Below are positions 1 to 16,861 of a stretch of DNA of 64,000 nt, piece after piece. Each line of letters starts with the position of its first letter. Position 1 is the first letter of the stretch. Origin of the DNA: Utricularia gibba (Eukaryota; Plantae; Magnoliophyta); assembly GCA_002189035.1 (NCBI GenBank), contig NEEC01000007.1, positions 1,426,001 through 1,490,000 of the forward strand. Direction: 5' to 3'. The notes beneath the pieces were generated by a model. The model worked only from the letters and a program-made list of their open reading frames with translations. It was not told the origin of the DNA and searched no databases. Both the position numbers and the translations under genes were made by a program.

Positions 1-1321
<1,321 letters not shown>

Positions 1322-2728
1322 CACCACTGATTAAAACCAAAGAAGCAAAAGTTGGATTACAGAAACACTATGTAACGAAATATAGAATAACAAATCGGAA
1401 AAAAATGATTAACATCTCAAGGCCCAAGTTTAAACTGGCATACGCGTTATGATGAATACTATCGCTCCTCCCCCTTGAAATTCCGAGCCCCCTTGACCTT
1501 CTCCTACTCAGAATTTCAATACTAACATGCAAGTTTCCTGCAATACATTACAACCAAAACCATCAACAATTGGCAATACTCCAAATCACGAGACAAAAGC
1601 AAGAAATCATCAACACTAGACTAGAAATAGTCAAGTGAAATCTGATTTAGCAGATCGGAGCCCAACCCTAATCTCCACGTACCTTGACCTTTTGAGCATA
1701 TCAAGATCAGCACTTAAGAAATTAAAATAAAAGTATTGTTTTCCAATTATCTTTTGTCGAAAAAAAAAAAAACAAAAATCATCATGCCCAGTCTTCCCAA
1801 AGTGCAATCACAATCCCACAACAAAATCCATCTTGCAGCATCGAAAAAAAGTTGGATTACTTCTTCCCGGATCTTGTTACAGAAACCCTAACCCAAAGTA
1901 TACAGTACCAGGTACGGAAAACGGGTACCATTTTCTAGATTTTACCTCTTCAGAGAACCCCCCAAAAAAATGTGAACCTAAAAAGCAATACCAATAATTC
2001 CTAAGGAGTTACTATCATTCGTGCCCACCGCTCCTCTCACCTGCAACTTTTCTGGTTGCCCTGTGCCTGCCAATGTGAAAAAAAAAAAGAAAAAAAAAAC
2101 TTCTTGACAAGGCCCTGGTCCAATGTCCTAAACAGTTCCCTCAAGGGCTTTACTCTTTGTTTACAGAGAATGAATTCCCAGATTTGCAGACTACGCGATC
2201 AATATCTTTATGTAAAGTCAGGGGTTATCTCATTTTTTTATTCTCGAAATAAAAAAAATATTATTTACAGGTTTCTCTGATTAGGTTAGAAAATTAGGGA
2301 AATAACGGATCCGTTTCTCAAATTCAATCTTCCGAAAATACCCCTAAAGAACGTGGCTAGTGCTTTTAAATTATTATCTGCGCTTGGATTTTTCTGCATT
2401 TTAAATTTATTTATTTATATGAATATTCGAAAATCGGGTATTTTTTATGGATAAAACAATAACTGAAAATGGAAGCTACCGATTTATCAATTTTTCCAAG
2501 AAAACACATTAGAACTCAAAAATTCTAATAAACAGCATATTAAATTCAGCAGTTTCAATTCTCACTATGCTGAATAACCAGAAGCACCTTATAGTGTGCA
2601 GGGATAACCATATGATAGAAAAAGCAATTTCCAACTTGTAAACAATATGCCTTGAGGATCGATTGTGCTAGTGAGGGTATTTATTTTCTCAAAGAAGCAC
2701 AGCAACAAAGCATTGTGGATCACTTAGA

Positions 2729-4189
<1,461 letters not shown>

Positions 4190-4261
4190 CAAGCTCCCAA
4201 GTATGGAAAGGATAACGGTGAGCCGAAGGGGCTCCTCCATCGTCTTTTATTTTTAGTATGT

Positions 4262-4295
4262 GGCCCATGGGCTTTAAGGCCCATCTGATGGCCCA
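4262..4295. promoter_or_regulatory. Cluster of four site II (TGGGCY, TCP-binding) motifs in a divergent promoter
   Basis: GGCCCA at 4262, 4278 and 4290 and TGGGCT at 4268, lying between ATG 4189 (-) and ATG 4550 (+). Confidence 0.6.
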
Positions 4296-4549
4296 TACTC
4301 TTCCCTTGTTTTCGCACTTCCTCCACACTGGTGATGGTCTTTTCCATTTTTCCCCCATTTTCCCCAAGCGTCTTCGCTTTTTCTGCGGCGTTTCCCTCTG
4401 CCCTGCTTTTCCCCCTTTTCCGTTCCACCGTCTGGATTCCTTTTTTTCACCTAGATTCGGGAACCCGATCGCCTTCTTGAGGGGGGAGCTTACGGGGCGT
4501 CGTGTTGCGGAATCAGAAGGATAATTGCAACCTTTTTGTTCAGAACTCG

Positions 4550-5697
4550 ATGTCATCGACTTGTTGGTGTCACAGATGCAGCCGCTTCGTTAGAGTTTGG
4601 ACTCAAGATTCCATCGTCTGTCCAGATTGCAGCGGTGGATTCGTCGAGGAGGTGGGCACATCTTCGCGACTGCCGCTTTCGGATTCCCGTAGACGCCGAT
4701 TCCCAGCTGCTGCTATGTATACAACCACCCCGGCTTCCGATTCGGTGCCGCTCACGGGTTCGGCCTCTAGTTCTGGATCCGGATCCAGCCCGAGACTTAG
4801 AAGAAGCCGTAGGCATGGCGGTGATCGGTCGCCGTTTAATCCCGTCATCGTTCTCCGGGGCCAGACGGAGGGTGGAATTGGGGCTGCAGCGAGTGGTGGA
4901 TTTGAATTGTACTATGACGATGGAGCGGGCTCGGGTCTTCGGCCGCTCCCTGCGGCTATGTCTGAGTTCTTACTAGGTTCAGGTTTCGATCGGTTGTTGG
5001 ATCAATTGTCGCACATTGAGGCGAATGGGATTGGGAGAACTGAGAGTTGTCCACCTGCTTCAAAAGCAGCTATGGAGTCTCTGGCCAAGGTGGAAATTGT
5101 TGAGCAACATATTTTGATTGAATCCCACTGTGCAGTTTGCAAAGATGCCTTTGAGTTGGGAACCGAGGCTAGAGAAATGCCCTGTAAGCATTTATACCAT
5201 CAAGATTGCATTTTTCCTTGGCTTTCTTTGAGGAATTCTTGTCCTGTATGTCGTCATGAATTGCCAACTGACAATGATACTGGTGATGGTGGAATAAGCG
5301 CGGCGGAAACAAGCAGAGGAGAAAATGGGACGCAAAACAATGATGAAATGGTTGGTTTGACGATATGGAGATTACCGGGAGGCGGGTTTGCTGTTGGTCG
5401 ATTTTCCGGTGGAAGAAGAGGCAGTGAAAGGGAGTTACCTGTGGTTTACACGGAGATGGATGGTGGATTTAATAACAACGGTGTACCTAGAAGAATTTCG
5501 TGGGTTCTAGAGGTAGCATATCAAGGGATAGGAGTGGATTCAGAAGGCTTTTGAATAGTCTCTTCACATGTTTTGGAAGAGGTGAAGCACCTAGTTTTAG
5601 CTCTACTCCCGATTCCAGAACTAGTTCAGGCAGTCGATCCACGAGCTCCATCCCAAGAAGACGGAGAGGTTTGGCTTTTGAACATGGAAGGTGGTGA
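4550..5697 (+). CDS. Zinc-ribbon + RING-H2 + DUF1117 E3 ubiquitin ligase (RDUF/RHC2A-like), intronless
   Basis: CWCHRC..CPDC zinc ribbon; [37 protein letters not shown]; DUF1117 [31 protein letters not shown]-terminus continues in ORF 5500..5697 after a 1-G loss at ~5501. Confidence 0.9.
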
Positions 5698-6913
5698 CTA
5701 ATGCTTGTTTCTCATTAAGAAACATTACATTTTCCAGGCTTTAGGGGTTTGAGATAAGTGCTCTCCATGTTTCTAAGATGAAATGAAGTGAGATATCGAG
5801 CTCAGCCCTTAGAAAGGAAGGAGTTTTATCAGAAGCTAGAGGTTTGTAAATATTGGTTGAACTTCGAATTGTGCTAAATGGGATGATCACCACTAGATTC
5901 ACCCATACATGATGCTGTTCTTGTTTTCCGCATTCCCTCCAGTGTTTCCTCTTTGATCGCTTTCGCTGTTTGTAAAACTTCGTACATTCAGATTCCTATA
6001 TGATAATTTCGTTGACATGGACGTGATCCTGGTTTTGACATTCTCCTTGGTGATACCCCTCTCTTAAAGTCTGAAATCTCAAACCTTTCCAGCAGGCAGA
6101 GATGGGCACGGGACATCCCCCTGTTGTTCTAGTTAATACTCATCAATTACAGAAATTTGCGGGTGAAGGTAGACAGTTTGATCTGCCTATCATCATCACA
6201 GAAAGATAACAACCCCCTTTTGATCAGTGACCGCTGCGGCCTCCCTGCCGGTTGGCTGGCGCATCTTTTGTTCTGTAAGAAAATTTCTCAACACGCGATT
6301 TCTAACTTTAAAACCAAGACATGAACAAGGAATGTGATTCTAGCTCAGCTGTCAGCTATCTGGTGCAATTCCATGCTTCTTCATCTCTGAACCAGCATTG
6401 CAACTATAATGCATGCTGCTGAATAAATGTGGAATAGTTGTAAAATAATTGCTTTTCAGAGGTTGGAATCTGAAGCAGCCGCCATCATCGACTGAAAGAA
6501 CGGAAATCAAATGAGTGATCGCCATCTTCTTTTTGGCTGTTCACATCTTTTAAACATGGACTCTCCCACCTTCCTGTTCTTTCAACGCCACTGTCATCTC
6601 CCATCAATTTTTTGAAATTTTAAACTTTCAGTGTGTCCCACTGTTGTGATACAGCTAATGAAAACTACTCTGCGCGACTCACGCGCAGCAGCCAAGAGGA
6701 AAAAGTGAAACACCCTGAGAGACGAGAGAGCATGTTGGAGCACTATCTACAGTCAGGTAATTTGACATAAAATCAATCGGCGGCGACTTACCCTTGGAAT
6801 GTAATCTTTGCAAGTGGCTGGAGTCACGGATTCGAACCATACAATGGGCAACAAAAGAAAACAACTGTTATCACTTGCTATATAAGGAGAGCAGTAGCAA
6901 GAACCATGGAGTC

Positions 6914-8196
6914 ATGGATGAGTTCCTTTGGTTTCTTCTCCTGATCTTCTTGCTTGCCTCCATGCAATGGACAGCATGCCACCGTGTTGTTTCCTCAAAT
7001 GCCTCATTTCAGTTGGTTTTTCCTCTAGAAACCAAGGCTATGGCTTCTCCGAGTCCAGCTCCAAATAAGCTCTCTTTTCACCATAATGTCTCTCTGACTG
7101 TGTCACTTGCAGTTGGCTCACCGCCGCAGAAGGTTATAATGGTTCTAGATACAGGAAGTGAGCTTTCATGGCTACGCTGCAACACAAGCTCCTTCAATCC
7201 CCACCTCTCGAGTTCCTATCGTCGAATCCCCTGTTCCTCACCAACTTGTACTGTGAAAACAGCAGATTTCACTGATCCTGCTTCATGCGATACCAACAAA
7301 ATGTGCCATGTGATACTTTCGTACGCGGATGCTTCCTCTGTTGAAGGGAACTTGGCATCCGAAAGTTTCCATCTTGGGGATGCCACGAGTCAAGAAATGG
7401 TGTTTGGGTGCATGGATTCAGTTTCAAGCTCCAACCCAGATGAGGATTTGAAGAGTAATGGCTTACTTGGGCTGAACCGTGGTTCCTTGTCGTTTGTTTC
7501 TCAAATGGGTTTCCCCCAATTCTCTTACTGCATCTCCGGGAACGACTCTTCCGGCGTTCTGCTACTGGGAAAAACTGAACTCCCATGGGAGATGCAACTG
7601 AACTACACTCCTTTAGTACAAATCCCATTACGTCTTCCGTACTTTAATCGTGCAGCGTACACGGTTCACCTCCGAGAGATCAGAGTTTCCGATACGATTC
7701 TTCCGATACCCAGTTCGATTTTGGAGCCGGATCACACCGGCGCCGGACAAACAATGGTGGATTCCGGTACCCAATTCACGTTCTTACTCGGTCCAGTTTA
7801 CACAGCGCTGAAAACAGAGTTTCTAAAGCAAACACACGGGATCCTCCAGCCATTAAACGACTTGAACTTCGTTTTCCAAGGCGCCATGGACTTGTGCTTC
7901 AGCGACGACAAGGGTCCCATTCCACCATTACCCAGCGTGTACCTCATCTTCCGAGGAGCCGAAATGAGCGTTTCGGGGGAGAAGCTTCTGTACAGAGTCC
8001 CCGGCGGCGGCGCGCGGTGCTTCACATTCGGGAACTCGGACTTGCTGGCGTGGAAGCGTACGTGATTGGGCACCACCATCAGCAGAACTTTTGGGTGGAG
8101 TTCGATTTGGAGAGATCACGGGTTGGTTTTGCAGAATGTCGATGTGATTCAGCAAGTCAAAAACTGGGCTTATCGAACTCCCCCCACCATCCCTGA
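6914..8196 (+). CDS. A1 aspartic protease, PCS1-like, intronless, with signal peptide
   Basis: Catalytic DTGSELSW and DSGTQFTFL, FHHNVSLTVSL, C-terminal VIGHHHQQNFWVEFDLERSRVGFA in ORF 7894..8196 after a 1-G loss at ~8047. Hydrophobic N-terminus from ATG 6914. Confidence 0.9.
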
Positions 8197-8881
8197 ACTT
8201 CCATGCTCTTTACTTACTCCATTCGACGTTATAGTTGATTTTTAACAAATTATCTAATCCTGAGTGATGAATGTTCTACGTTATCAGCATTTCATGAATC
8301 GATAACAAAGTGGGTTGGGGGATTTTCACCCTCCAACAACACAGCTTTGGTTTGACTTTATGCATACATTTCCATGGTTCTGTGTTGGAGTTTTGGTGGG
8401 TGCTGCTGGTTTCAATTCACTGTACTTTGGTAAGCCTGTGATGGGACTGACTTTGCTGGGATGTCTCTTCAACTGGACAAAACTGTCTGGTTGCTCTGTC
8501 CTCTTCGCTATATATGTAAATTTTATTTGTGCAACACTGCACTCTTTCAGCACCAATTGAAGATGCTCTTTATATCTCTTTCAGTGGCCATATTTGCTGC
8601 TGAGGACCTCCTACACATCCTCTCTATTTGAAGAACATGAGATCAACAGAAATGAGCTCTACAATTGAAATACACCGCCCAGATGATCAATGAGTAGTAT
8701 TATGAAACAAGTCCAAGTAAAGCTAAACCTTGGTTTCAGATGAAACTCTGTTCCTATCGTTCCACCAATTCATTTACACCAACCGAAAGCTGAAGGATGA
8801 TGATAAGCTGCGGCCACTTCTGTATCTCAGTGTGATTTACATCATGAAAGAGCCTTGAAGCTTACTCAATAGTGATGCAGT

Positions 8882-11565
8882 CTATGACACGACAACTGCC
8901 TCCTTGTTTGAATCCACAGTTTTCAGAGGCTCAACGTCGTGAGTTTTTTTGTGTTGTTTCGACGGATGTTGTGACCAGTACGAGTGTGCTGCTAAAACAC
9001 GATCTAGCAGTTCATGAGGCACAGGCTCTCCTCTTCGCTGCTGTGGTGCAATGCTGGCTGTGTGCACCAGAGTTTTCCATTTGTCCTGTGAGGCCAGCCA
9101 GTTTGGACATTCACTCCCTTGCATTGGAAAAAAAATGACGAGGGACAGCGAAAGTTCGTACCTTCAGATCAACATATGTTCTATGATCCGCATTCTCAAA
9201 CGCCCGCATTTTGACATCGCGCCACCTGAGCATTGAGAAGAAATGGAGTCAGAATTGTGGATATGGTTGTCAGTGATTCAGCTTAAGCTCCATGTCTACC
9301 TTCCAGTTCCCAGTTTTTCAACCGCCTCAACAAGCGCTTCTACCTCAGAAACAGAAAAAGGCCTCCTTGTCCTTCTCTGTGAACCATCAGTGCATTTAGG
9401 TTTCTGATTCAAGGGAGCTTCTGAAAGCGCCTCCATTTCCATGGGGCCGACAGGGATCAATGCCATGGTTTCAGAAACTTCTCCATCAGGTGAGGTCTCA
9501 TAAGGTGCCACTGCGTTTGGAAATAAGATACATTCTTTTGAGTTGGTTACAGTTTGAGGCTCAACCATTCCTTTTGAGATGGCTGAAGTTCCAATCACTG
9601 GATTGGCAAGAGACCTGAACAGTTCAAAACAAATTAATCAACAACAGAAAGGAACCAGCCCAAGGGGTTCGTCGCCTGAGAAAAGGTAAAATTTTAGCTT
9701 CGAATCATTACAATGTAAATTCGTACCTTAGTCTGTTCTGATCAGCATCACATATAGGTGAGACAGGAAATGCTTCTGAACGTGCAGCCGCCATGTCCGT
9801 AACACTTGGCTCTAGTGCAAAACCCAAACTATCAAGGCTGTTACACTGAGAAATTCCTGCCTGCTGCAAAGTTCTATTATCATCTCTGATTTTTTTTCCT
9901 TGGAAAAATATTCCAACACGTGTTCCACCACCAAGAATGGCTTTGAACGCTTCCAATACAGTTCTCTGTAAAAGGGGAAGGGAAAAAGAAAAATAAGCAA
10001 AGAAGAAAGGAAACCTCGATAACTGATCATCCAAGACTGGTATCTGCATGAATGCTGATCAAAATTTTGAAGTAGGTGAGAAACGCAAATGAAAAGTCAA
10101 AACCTTTAAAGAACCAACAGTCTCAGTTTCAGGCATCTCAAGATAGAGTTCTGGAACCTTGAAGGACTTAATGCTCAGCGTTACTGAAAAAAATAAAGGA
10201 AAATGTACAGGATATACTCAATAGATTGTTAATGATGGTATGCTTAAGTACAAAGGAACTTGTACCATGATGTTCCTTTGGTTTTGAAATTGATCTTTTG
10301 TAAGTAGAAATCCCACCTGCTGCTACTAATAATACAACAATAAAAAACTTAGATACCAACACTACAAATGCATCACAACGCTACCAGTGCTCGTTAGGTG
10401 CATACCCTTACCAGGAACGCTAGATATGCTATTGCTGGTGTTATCACAACCACGGCCATAAGCTGCAGAGAAGCTGTGATCAAATAACCTCCTTTTCTTA
10501 AATGGTGTTTGTTGACATCTTTCCCTTGGATGCACAAACTTTTTGTATCTGTAAAAGAACTTGGTTCCCTCACCTGAAGCAAGAAGCCATTATCAGACAC
10601 AGAAATGCACGACTGTTTATACAAGGAATTCAACATACATGAAAGGAACGAATTACTACTTACTGGAAGTACATAGATCATAACTCTTCCGCTTCATGGC
10701 TGCTTTCCAGTATCTAGATGTTGCCATCTTCCTCATTCTACATTGTCCCAGGCGTGATTGAGACCTAAAAGGCCTAATCCTAGCACTAAATTCATCGCAA
10801 CCAATAAAATTTTCATCATCATCTCTAAGTCCTAGCTTTACATTATTCCTTTGCTTCTGATCAAAAGCATGAGGAATCAATTTCCTGTACAGTGGCTTTA
10901 CACTACTCTCAGAGGTAACCAGTGAGTTAGTATTCACACAACTTCCAGTCGGATCCTCATACTTTTCATGTCCTGAAAGCACTTCAGGCCCGTTGTCGGC
11001 TATACTGTTTAGTGGTTCAGCTACAGATAATTGGCATATTCTCTTACCTGTGTTGTTAGTATCAACTTTGCTGCGGGCATCCATATTTATATGTGAAGAA
11101 GGAGGATTAGTCTCTGATTCTGCAAGTCCTTTAAAGCTGTCCGAGAAATTATGCTCCTTCATGGTGATTTTAGGAATAAATGCACTCTCAGCGCAACTCC
11201 CACGGTCAAAAATCCCTGAATTGAAAGCTTTGCCGTTGCTAGGTGGCTCATCGTTTCCTTCCTGGAGCTTGGCTTTATCTTCTGCTGCTGCATTGCAAGA
11301 AGCAGAACCTTCACTCTCTTCCAATAGTTTCCCAGCAACAGCTGCAAGGAGTTCAAAAGAACAGGGATGGTCTTTTTCAACTAATTTTTTCCTCCGGCTT
11401 CCCTGGAAAAACATACAGGGTTAGATCCTTCAAATACAGATATCATATCGTGTCAGAAAGCGAAGCAAGAAAAAATGCATCATTTACCCTAATTGATCGA
11501 GGCGCCCTGGGAATAACCGGAGCTTCATAGGCACGGAATCCAAAACCTGGTTCTTTACACGACAT
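8882..11565 (-). CDS. Telomere repeat-binding protein (TRP/TRFL family; ubiquitin-like plus C-terminal Myb/telobox and Myb-extension)
   Basis: N-terminal VIPRAPRSIR, FELLAAVAGKLLEESE, SIKSFKVPELYLEMPETETVGSLK|RTVLEAF, and RRTRRPFSVSEVEALVEAVEKLGTGR|WRDVKMRAFENADHRTYVDLK|DKWKTLVHTASIAPQQRRGEPVP. Confidence 0.9.
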
Positions 11566-14053
11566 GCCTCAACCAAGCATGTCAATCTCCTAACAACAAA
11601 TGCAACATGAGCTACTCTCAACAAACGATGTTTAGGCGTGACTCTTCAGTCAACCAACGGAAATTCAAACCATCAGAAAGCATAAAGCAAGAAAGGAACT
11701 TTGAAAGCATTGACATTTTTTTCGTCTACAGTATATGAGCCATGGCCTTCACACGATCATAACCAAGATTGGGACCTTACTGCCAAGAATTAAGCTACAA
11801 TATCCATCAACCACCAAATTGAAAATCCAAAAACAAAGCTTTCACTCATTTTTGGCGGTATCAACCATAAAAAAGAAAACAACATGAAGATAATAACTTC
11901 CAATAAATGCGCATTTCCTCCTCCGAACAAAAATCGGACAGTGATAGGCTCAGATCTCGGCGGGATTAAAACTGATCCATCAAATACGAGAAGAGATCAT
12001 CTCAAAACATAATAAGAAAAAATCTTTGGCATACAAAATCATCCATCCAATCCCTAGAACCAAAACCCAGAACCCAAAAAAAGTTTTAAAAAAAAAACCA
12101 AAACACCGATCCAACAACCCACCTACCCGGTGCGAAGATCCAATAACCCGCCTAACCAAAGCGGTGATCCAGCAACCCTCAACCCAAAACACCAATCAGG
12201 ACGATGACTCAATTCCAGAGCAATATCACTAAACCCTTCTGCGTCTTCAACTGGGATACATGGGAGTTGGGATGGAGACAATCGCAAATTCCCAAACGCA
12301 TCAGAAATGGTGAAATAATAAGCAAGCAAATGAAACAGTCGATTGGATTGGGCTTTAAAGGAAAAGTGAAATGGTTGTAAATTGCAGTAAAACCTCGGAG
12401 CTGGGGTCCGGGAGAAGATGAAATTGAAGAAGGCTAACACCTAAACCCCCGATCGCATCTTAGAAGGAAACCGGAGATAGCCGGTGACTATACTGTCATT
12501 TTTTTAATTATTATTACTTTATTGAATTAAAAACTATTTATAGAAATAAGCATTTTTTGTATTAATTACACATAATAAACTTATGTTACCAATTAAATAC
12601 ATTTTTATATCTTATTTAGTACAATTTACATAATTTATAGCAGATTATATACTATTTTACGTTTTATAATTAATAATCAGAAAGTCAAAATAATTTATGA
12701 GAGTAGAGATTCCCATTCCATGACAGCGACATTAGACTGGAGTCTATGGCGTAGTACGGATGTTAAGGATGCCCGGAATCCATGGGCGCCCGCCCACGAA
12801 AGCCGGACGTAGCACAATAAGTCCGCCGTCGGGCGTAGGGGATGACGACATTATTAAAAGCACAGGGACCCCCACCGCCTCCCATGTCGCCGCTCTTAAT
12901 GGAAGTCCGATGAACCTGGGAGGGGCGGCGCACTGCGAGACATGTATCAGACTTGTGGTGCTGACACACAATGGGGGCTTTTATCTGAGGGGATGGTGAA
13001 GGGACGAGGCGTCCCTCCACATCTCTACAGCAAGGGAAGCAAGTTCCGGTGGAATCCAGGATCCTGCCGGCTGCTTTGGGCTCTCCTTCGGGATCTCTTT
13101 TGGGAGATTCGGGTGCTTATGGAATTTTCTTGAACATTCGAGGACCCGCTTCTACACTCGATTGATTGGAGACCAAGTCGGGATAGTATTCAGGAATGAT
13201 ATGGATCTCATGATGTTTTGGTATTCTTCTGGTTCCAGAACATCATAGAAAATTTACAGCGCTCCTCACCACGCGTTTCTTCGTGTGTTTATGTTGGGTG
13301 ATTGGTATTTCTTTGATCTTTCAACAAGAAAGTTTCGTGTCAAAGCTCCCTCCCACTCTTCGTCTGAAATGCTGCCACTTAGATCACTCCGGAGACCAAC
13401 TTCTGGCGACCGACCAATCGTCGCCCGACGCGCATCGGGGCTGGGATAAGATGGGGCCAGGCTGATAGTCTCTGTGAAAGGGATACTTCAGTCCAATGCG
13501 ATGTGGATCCAACCACTGGAATGTTCTGCAGGAGCTTCGAGATTGGCACAGGAAATGGAGTTCCGCGTCAATGTTGTCCACTTGCACGCAACCACTGAAG
13601 TGGGTCTAGCTCCTTCATTGCAAATTCCATCCCTTCTACAGCTTAACTAAAGATTATCATGGGCATAAAGGAACAAGGCAGGAGTGCCCTCTCGGGAGCT
13701 GCAAAGCTACAAAAGAATGGAAGGAAGCAGGCACCTGGCGCCTGCCTGGGAGCTCATTTTAGACGACGACCCACTGTGCTGGAGCTGCTGCTTGATCGGC
13801 GACTTGTTAATGGGAACAGGGCGGAAGGTTCCTGGTTTGATGCTTGGGGACAAAGTCATCTACTCCATCAGTCTGATGATGACATTCTGCCACCAACCGG
13901 TCAAGAAATCTCATCACTTTGACGAGAACGAAGATATGGCTCCTGGAACTTTCTCGGCGACAGGGCACGTGCAGCTCCCATTTTTTGTATTATTATTATA
14001 AGTATGGGATGGGATAAGGGTTGTGTGCAATGGGAAGAGGTGACGTGTCTTCG

Positions 14054-15563
14054 ATGGGTGAAATCTGGATTTTCTCGGTGGCAGTTGCCCTCATCGGAAG
14101 CTTGGGTCTGCTCTGGTCACTTGGGAAACGGGGAGAAAGGGGCAGCTCCCGCCGAGTCCGTGGCCGGCTCTTCCGATCATCGGCCATCTCCATCTGCTCA
14201 AGCTCCCGATTCATCGTACGTTTCAACGTCTCTGCGCCGACCTCCGATCGCCTATCGTCTCCCTCCGCCTCGGCAACCGCCGGCTCGTGGTGGTCTCGTC
14301 GCCGGAACTCGTTGAGGAATGTTTCCACAAGAACGACGTCGTTTTGGCCACTCGCCCTTATCTCCTCATCGCCAAGTACATATCTTACGAGCAAACCACG
14401 CTCGTAGCCGCCCCATATGGAGATCACTGGCGCAACCTCCGCCGCCTCACCAACACCGACGTCTTCTCTCCGGCTCGACTTGCCGTCTTCCAATCGATGA
14501 GAGAAGAAGAGACTAGGTTTTTAGTGGACAAGATTTCTAGAAACGTCGGCGGCGGGGGCCAATTCGGGAAAGTCGTTCTGCGGCCTCTGTTATCGCAACT
14601 TACCTTCAACAACATGATGAGAATGGTTGCTGGGAAGCGTTACCTTGGGAATGAGACAGAGGAAGAGGGAGAGGAAGCCCTCAAGTTCCAACGCCTGATT
14701 GAGAAAACCTTTGCTGTGGGCGGTGTGGGGAACCCAGCGGACTTCATCCCCATACTGAAATGGATAGATTTCAGTGGATTTGAGAAGACTCTGAAGAGAT
14801 TATCAGAAGATTGGGATGTCTTTCTGCAATTTCTAATCGACGAGAAGAGGAAGAGCAGCAAAGAAGAGGGGGAAATGGGAGCACCATGATAGATCATCTC
14901 ATTTCCCTGCAACAATCCGACTCTGCGTACTACACAGACACCATTATCAAAGGAATCATACTGGTTATGCTGGTTGCCGGAACCGACACCTCCGCCGTCA
15001 CAATCGAATGGGCGATGACGGCGCTGCTGAACAACCCTGAAAAAATGGAACTCGCAAGACAAGAAATTGACGATGTTGTGGGCGTCGACCGCCTAATCAA
15101 GGAATCTGACATCTCCAAACTCCCATACCTCAACGACATCATCTTAGAAACCTTCCGTTTGTTCCCCGCAGCGCCGTTGTTAGTTCCCCACGAGGCCTCC
15201 AGCGACTGCGAGATCGGGGGATATCACATACCCCAGGGGACGATAGTGATCGCCAATGCTTGGGCCATCCACAGGGACCCCTCGATCTGGGAAGACGCGA
15301 CAGCATTCAACCCAGAGAGGTTCCAAACCGGGGGGAAAATCGGTGTCGGGAAGCTATTGCCGTTCGGGATTGGACGGAGGTCTTGCCCAGGTAACTTACT
15401 GGCGACCAAGGTGGTGAGTTTGGTGCTCGGATCTCTGATTCAGTGCTTCGAGTGGCGCCGATTGGGGGAGGAATTGGTGGATACGAAGGAAGGAGGAGGA
15501 ACTTCAATGCCCAAGAGCGTCCCTTTGGAAGCTCTGTGCAGAACCCGACCCAATCTCCATTAA
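14054..15563 (+). CDS. CYP81: Cytochrome P450, CYP81 family (CYP71 clan), intronless
   Basis: TM anchor, [17 protein letters not shown]-helix AGTDTS, ETFR (ExxR), PERF, heme motif [11 protein letters not shown]. Two 1-G losses (~14131, ~14868) join ORFs 14021, 14287 and 14811. Confidence 0.88.
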
Positions 15564-16861
15564 TCACAAACAAATCTCACCCCATGCTTATAATCTGTGT
15601 CATTTCCAAATAATTGTGATTAGGTTTTGAAATCGGCAATATTTTAGAATAATATTATTAGGTCGTTTGATAATTAAGTATTTATATATTTAAGTATTAT
15701 AATTGATATACATATGATTAGTTTTTCCTTCTCTTCTCTATTTATATATATCGGTATCTGAATGATATAGTTATATAACACTATTATACATATACTAATT
15801 AATTAAATAATGGTTTAAATTTAAATATAAATATTTCACACTATAATAATTAATCAAACATACTACAGAAACACAATTATATAACAACTTTTTGATATTT
15901 GTGTATCAAGATCATATTTTTTTGTAGAATTACATGATGGGTAATCGTGAATAATAAATTCGATCATGTGGGGTGATAAGATGAACTATTTTTAATATTA
16001 TTACTTTTTTCTATCTATGAGAATAAGAGATGAGAATAATCAATGATACGGAAATTAGAATATATGGTGGGGGTAGGGGCCGTGATTGGTGGGGATGCGC
16101 CGGAGAGTGCGCTGCCGGGGACCGCGACACCCGACAACACAGTAACCAGCCCCCCTCCTCTCCTCCAATTCACACACCTACATTTACTTATGATTCTCAC
16201 GGCGCATGCTTAGGTTAGCTTTCCACACAGCACATTGTGTGTCGATCCAGAATAAGTTTCAAGATTGAAACTTTTCTGGGTAGCAGACTGGAGGGTAGTT
16301 CTGAAGGAATCACGGGTTTGCATGGCACGATTGGCGCCCCCTACCCACGTTCCGGGGTTTATTGCTTTCCTTCTTTCGGTCTTCATGCTCGTCTACAACA
16401 AGATGGTGGTTGCCAACCGAACCGCCTGATGAATGGAAAATGAAGATACCTCTTGACTTTTGCAGATTGCATCTCACAACTTCCTTCACACTTCAACATC
16501 ATCCCTTATCTCTTTCTTCTCTGATCTCAACCCCCCACAGTAATTTTCATACCAAAGTTACCATCTTTACTCTTGGATCGCACATCTTGCAGTCCAAGCA
16601 AAGGCAATGATAATATATGTCGGAGGAGGAAGGTAAAAGAGGAGGCTTTTTTTCTCTCTTCGGCCTAAATACCAAACCATGAGACTGCAGGCCAGAACAA
16701 ACACGGGAAAGTAAAAGTGTCATTTGCGTAAAACACGCGACCAGCACCACTCCAGTGACCGTACAGGAGAAACCTACACTTTCCGCCAGCAGCTGTGGGG
16801 TAGCGTTCTCATTGCTACACTATAAGTACCCTTCATTGCATTACACCGCCTCAACCGCCCG

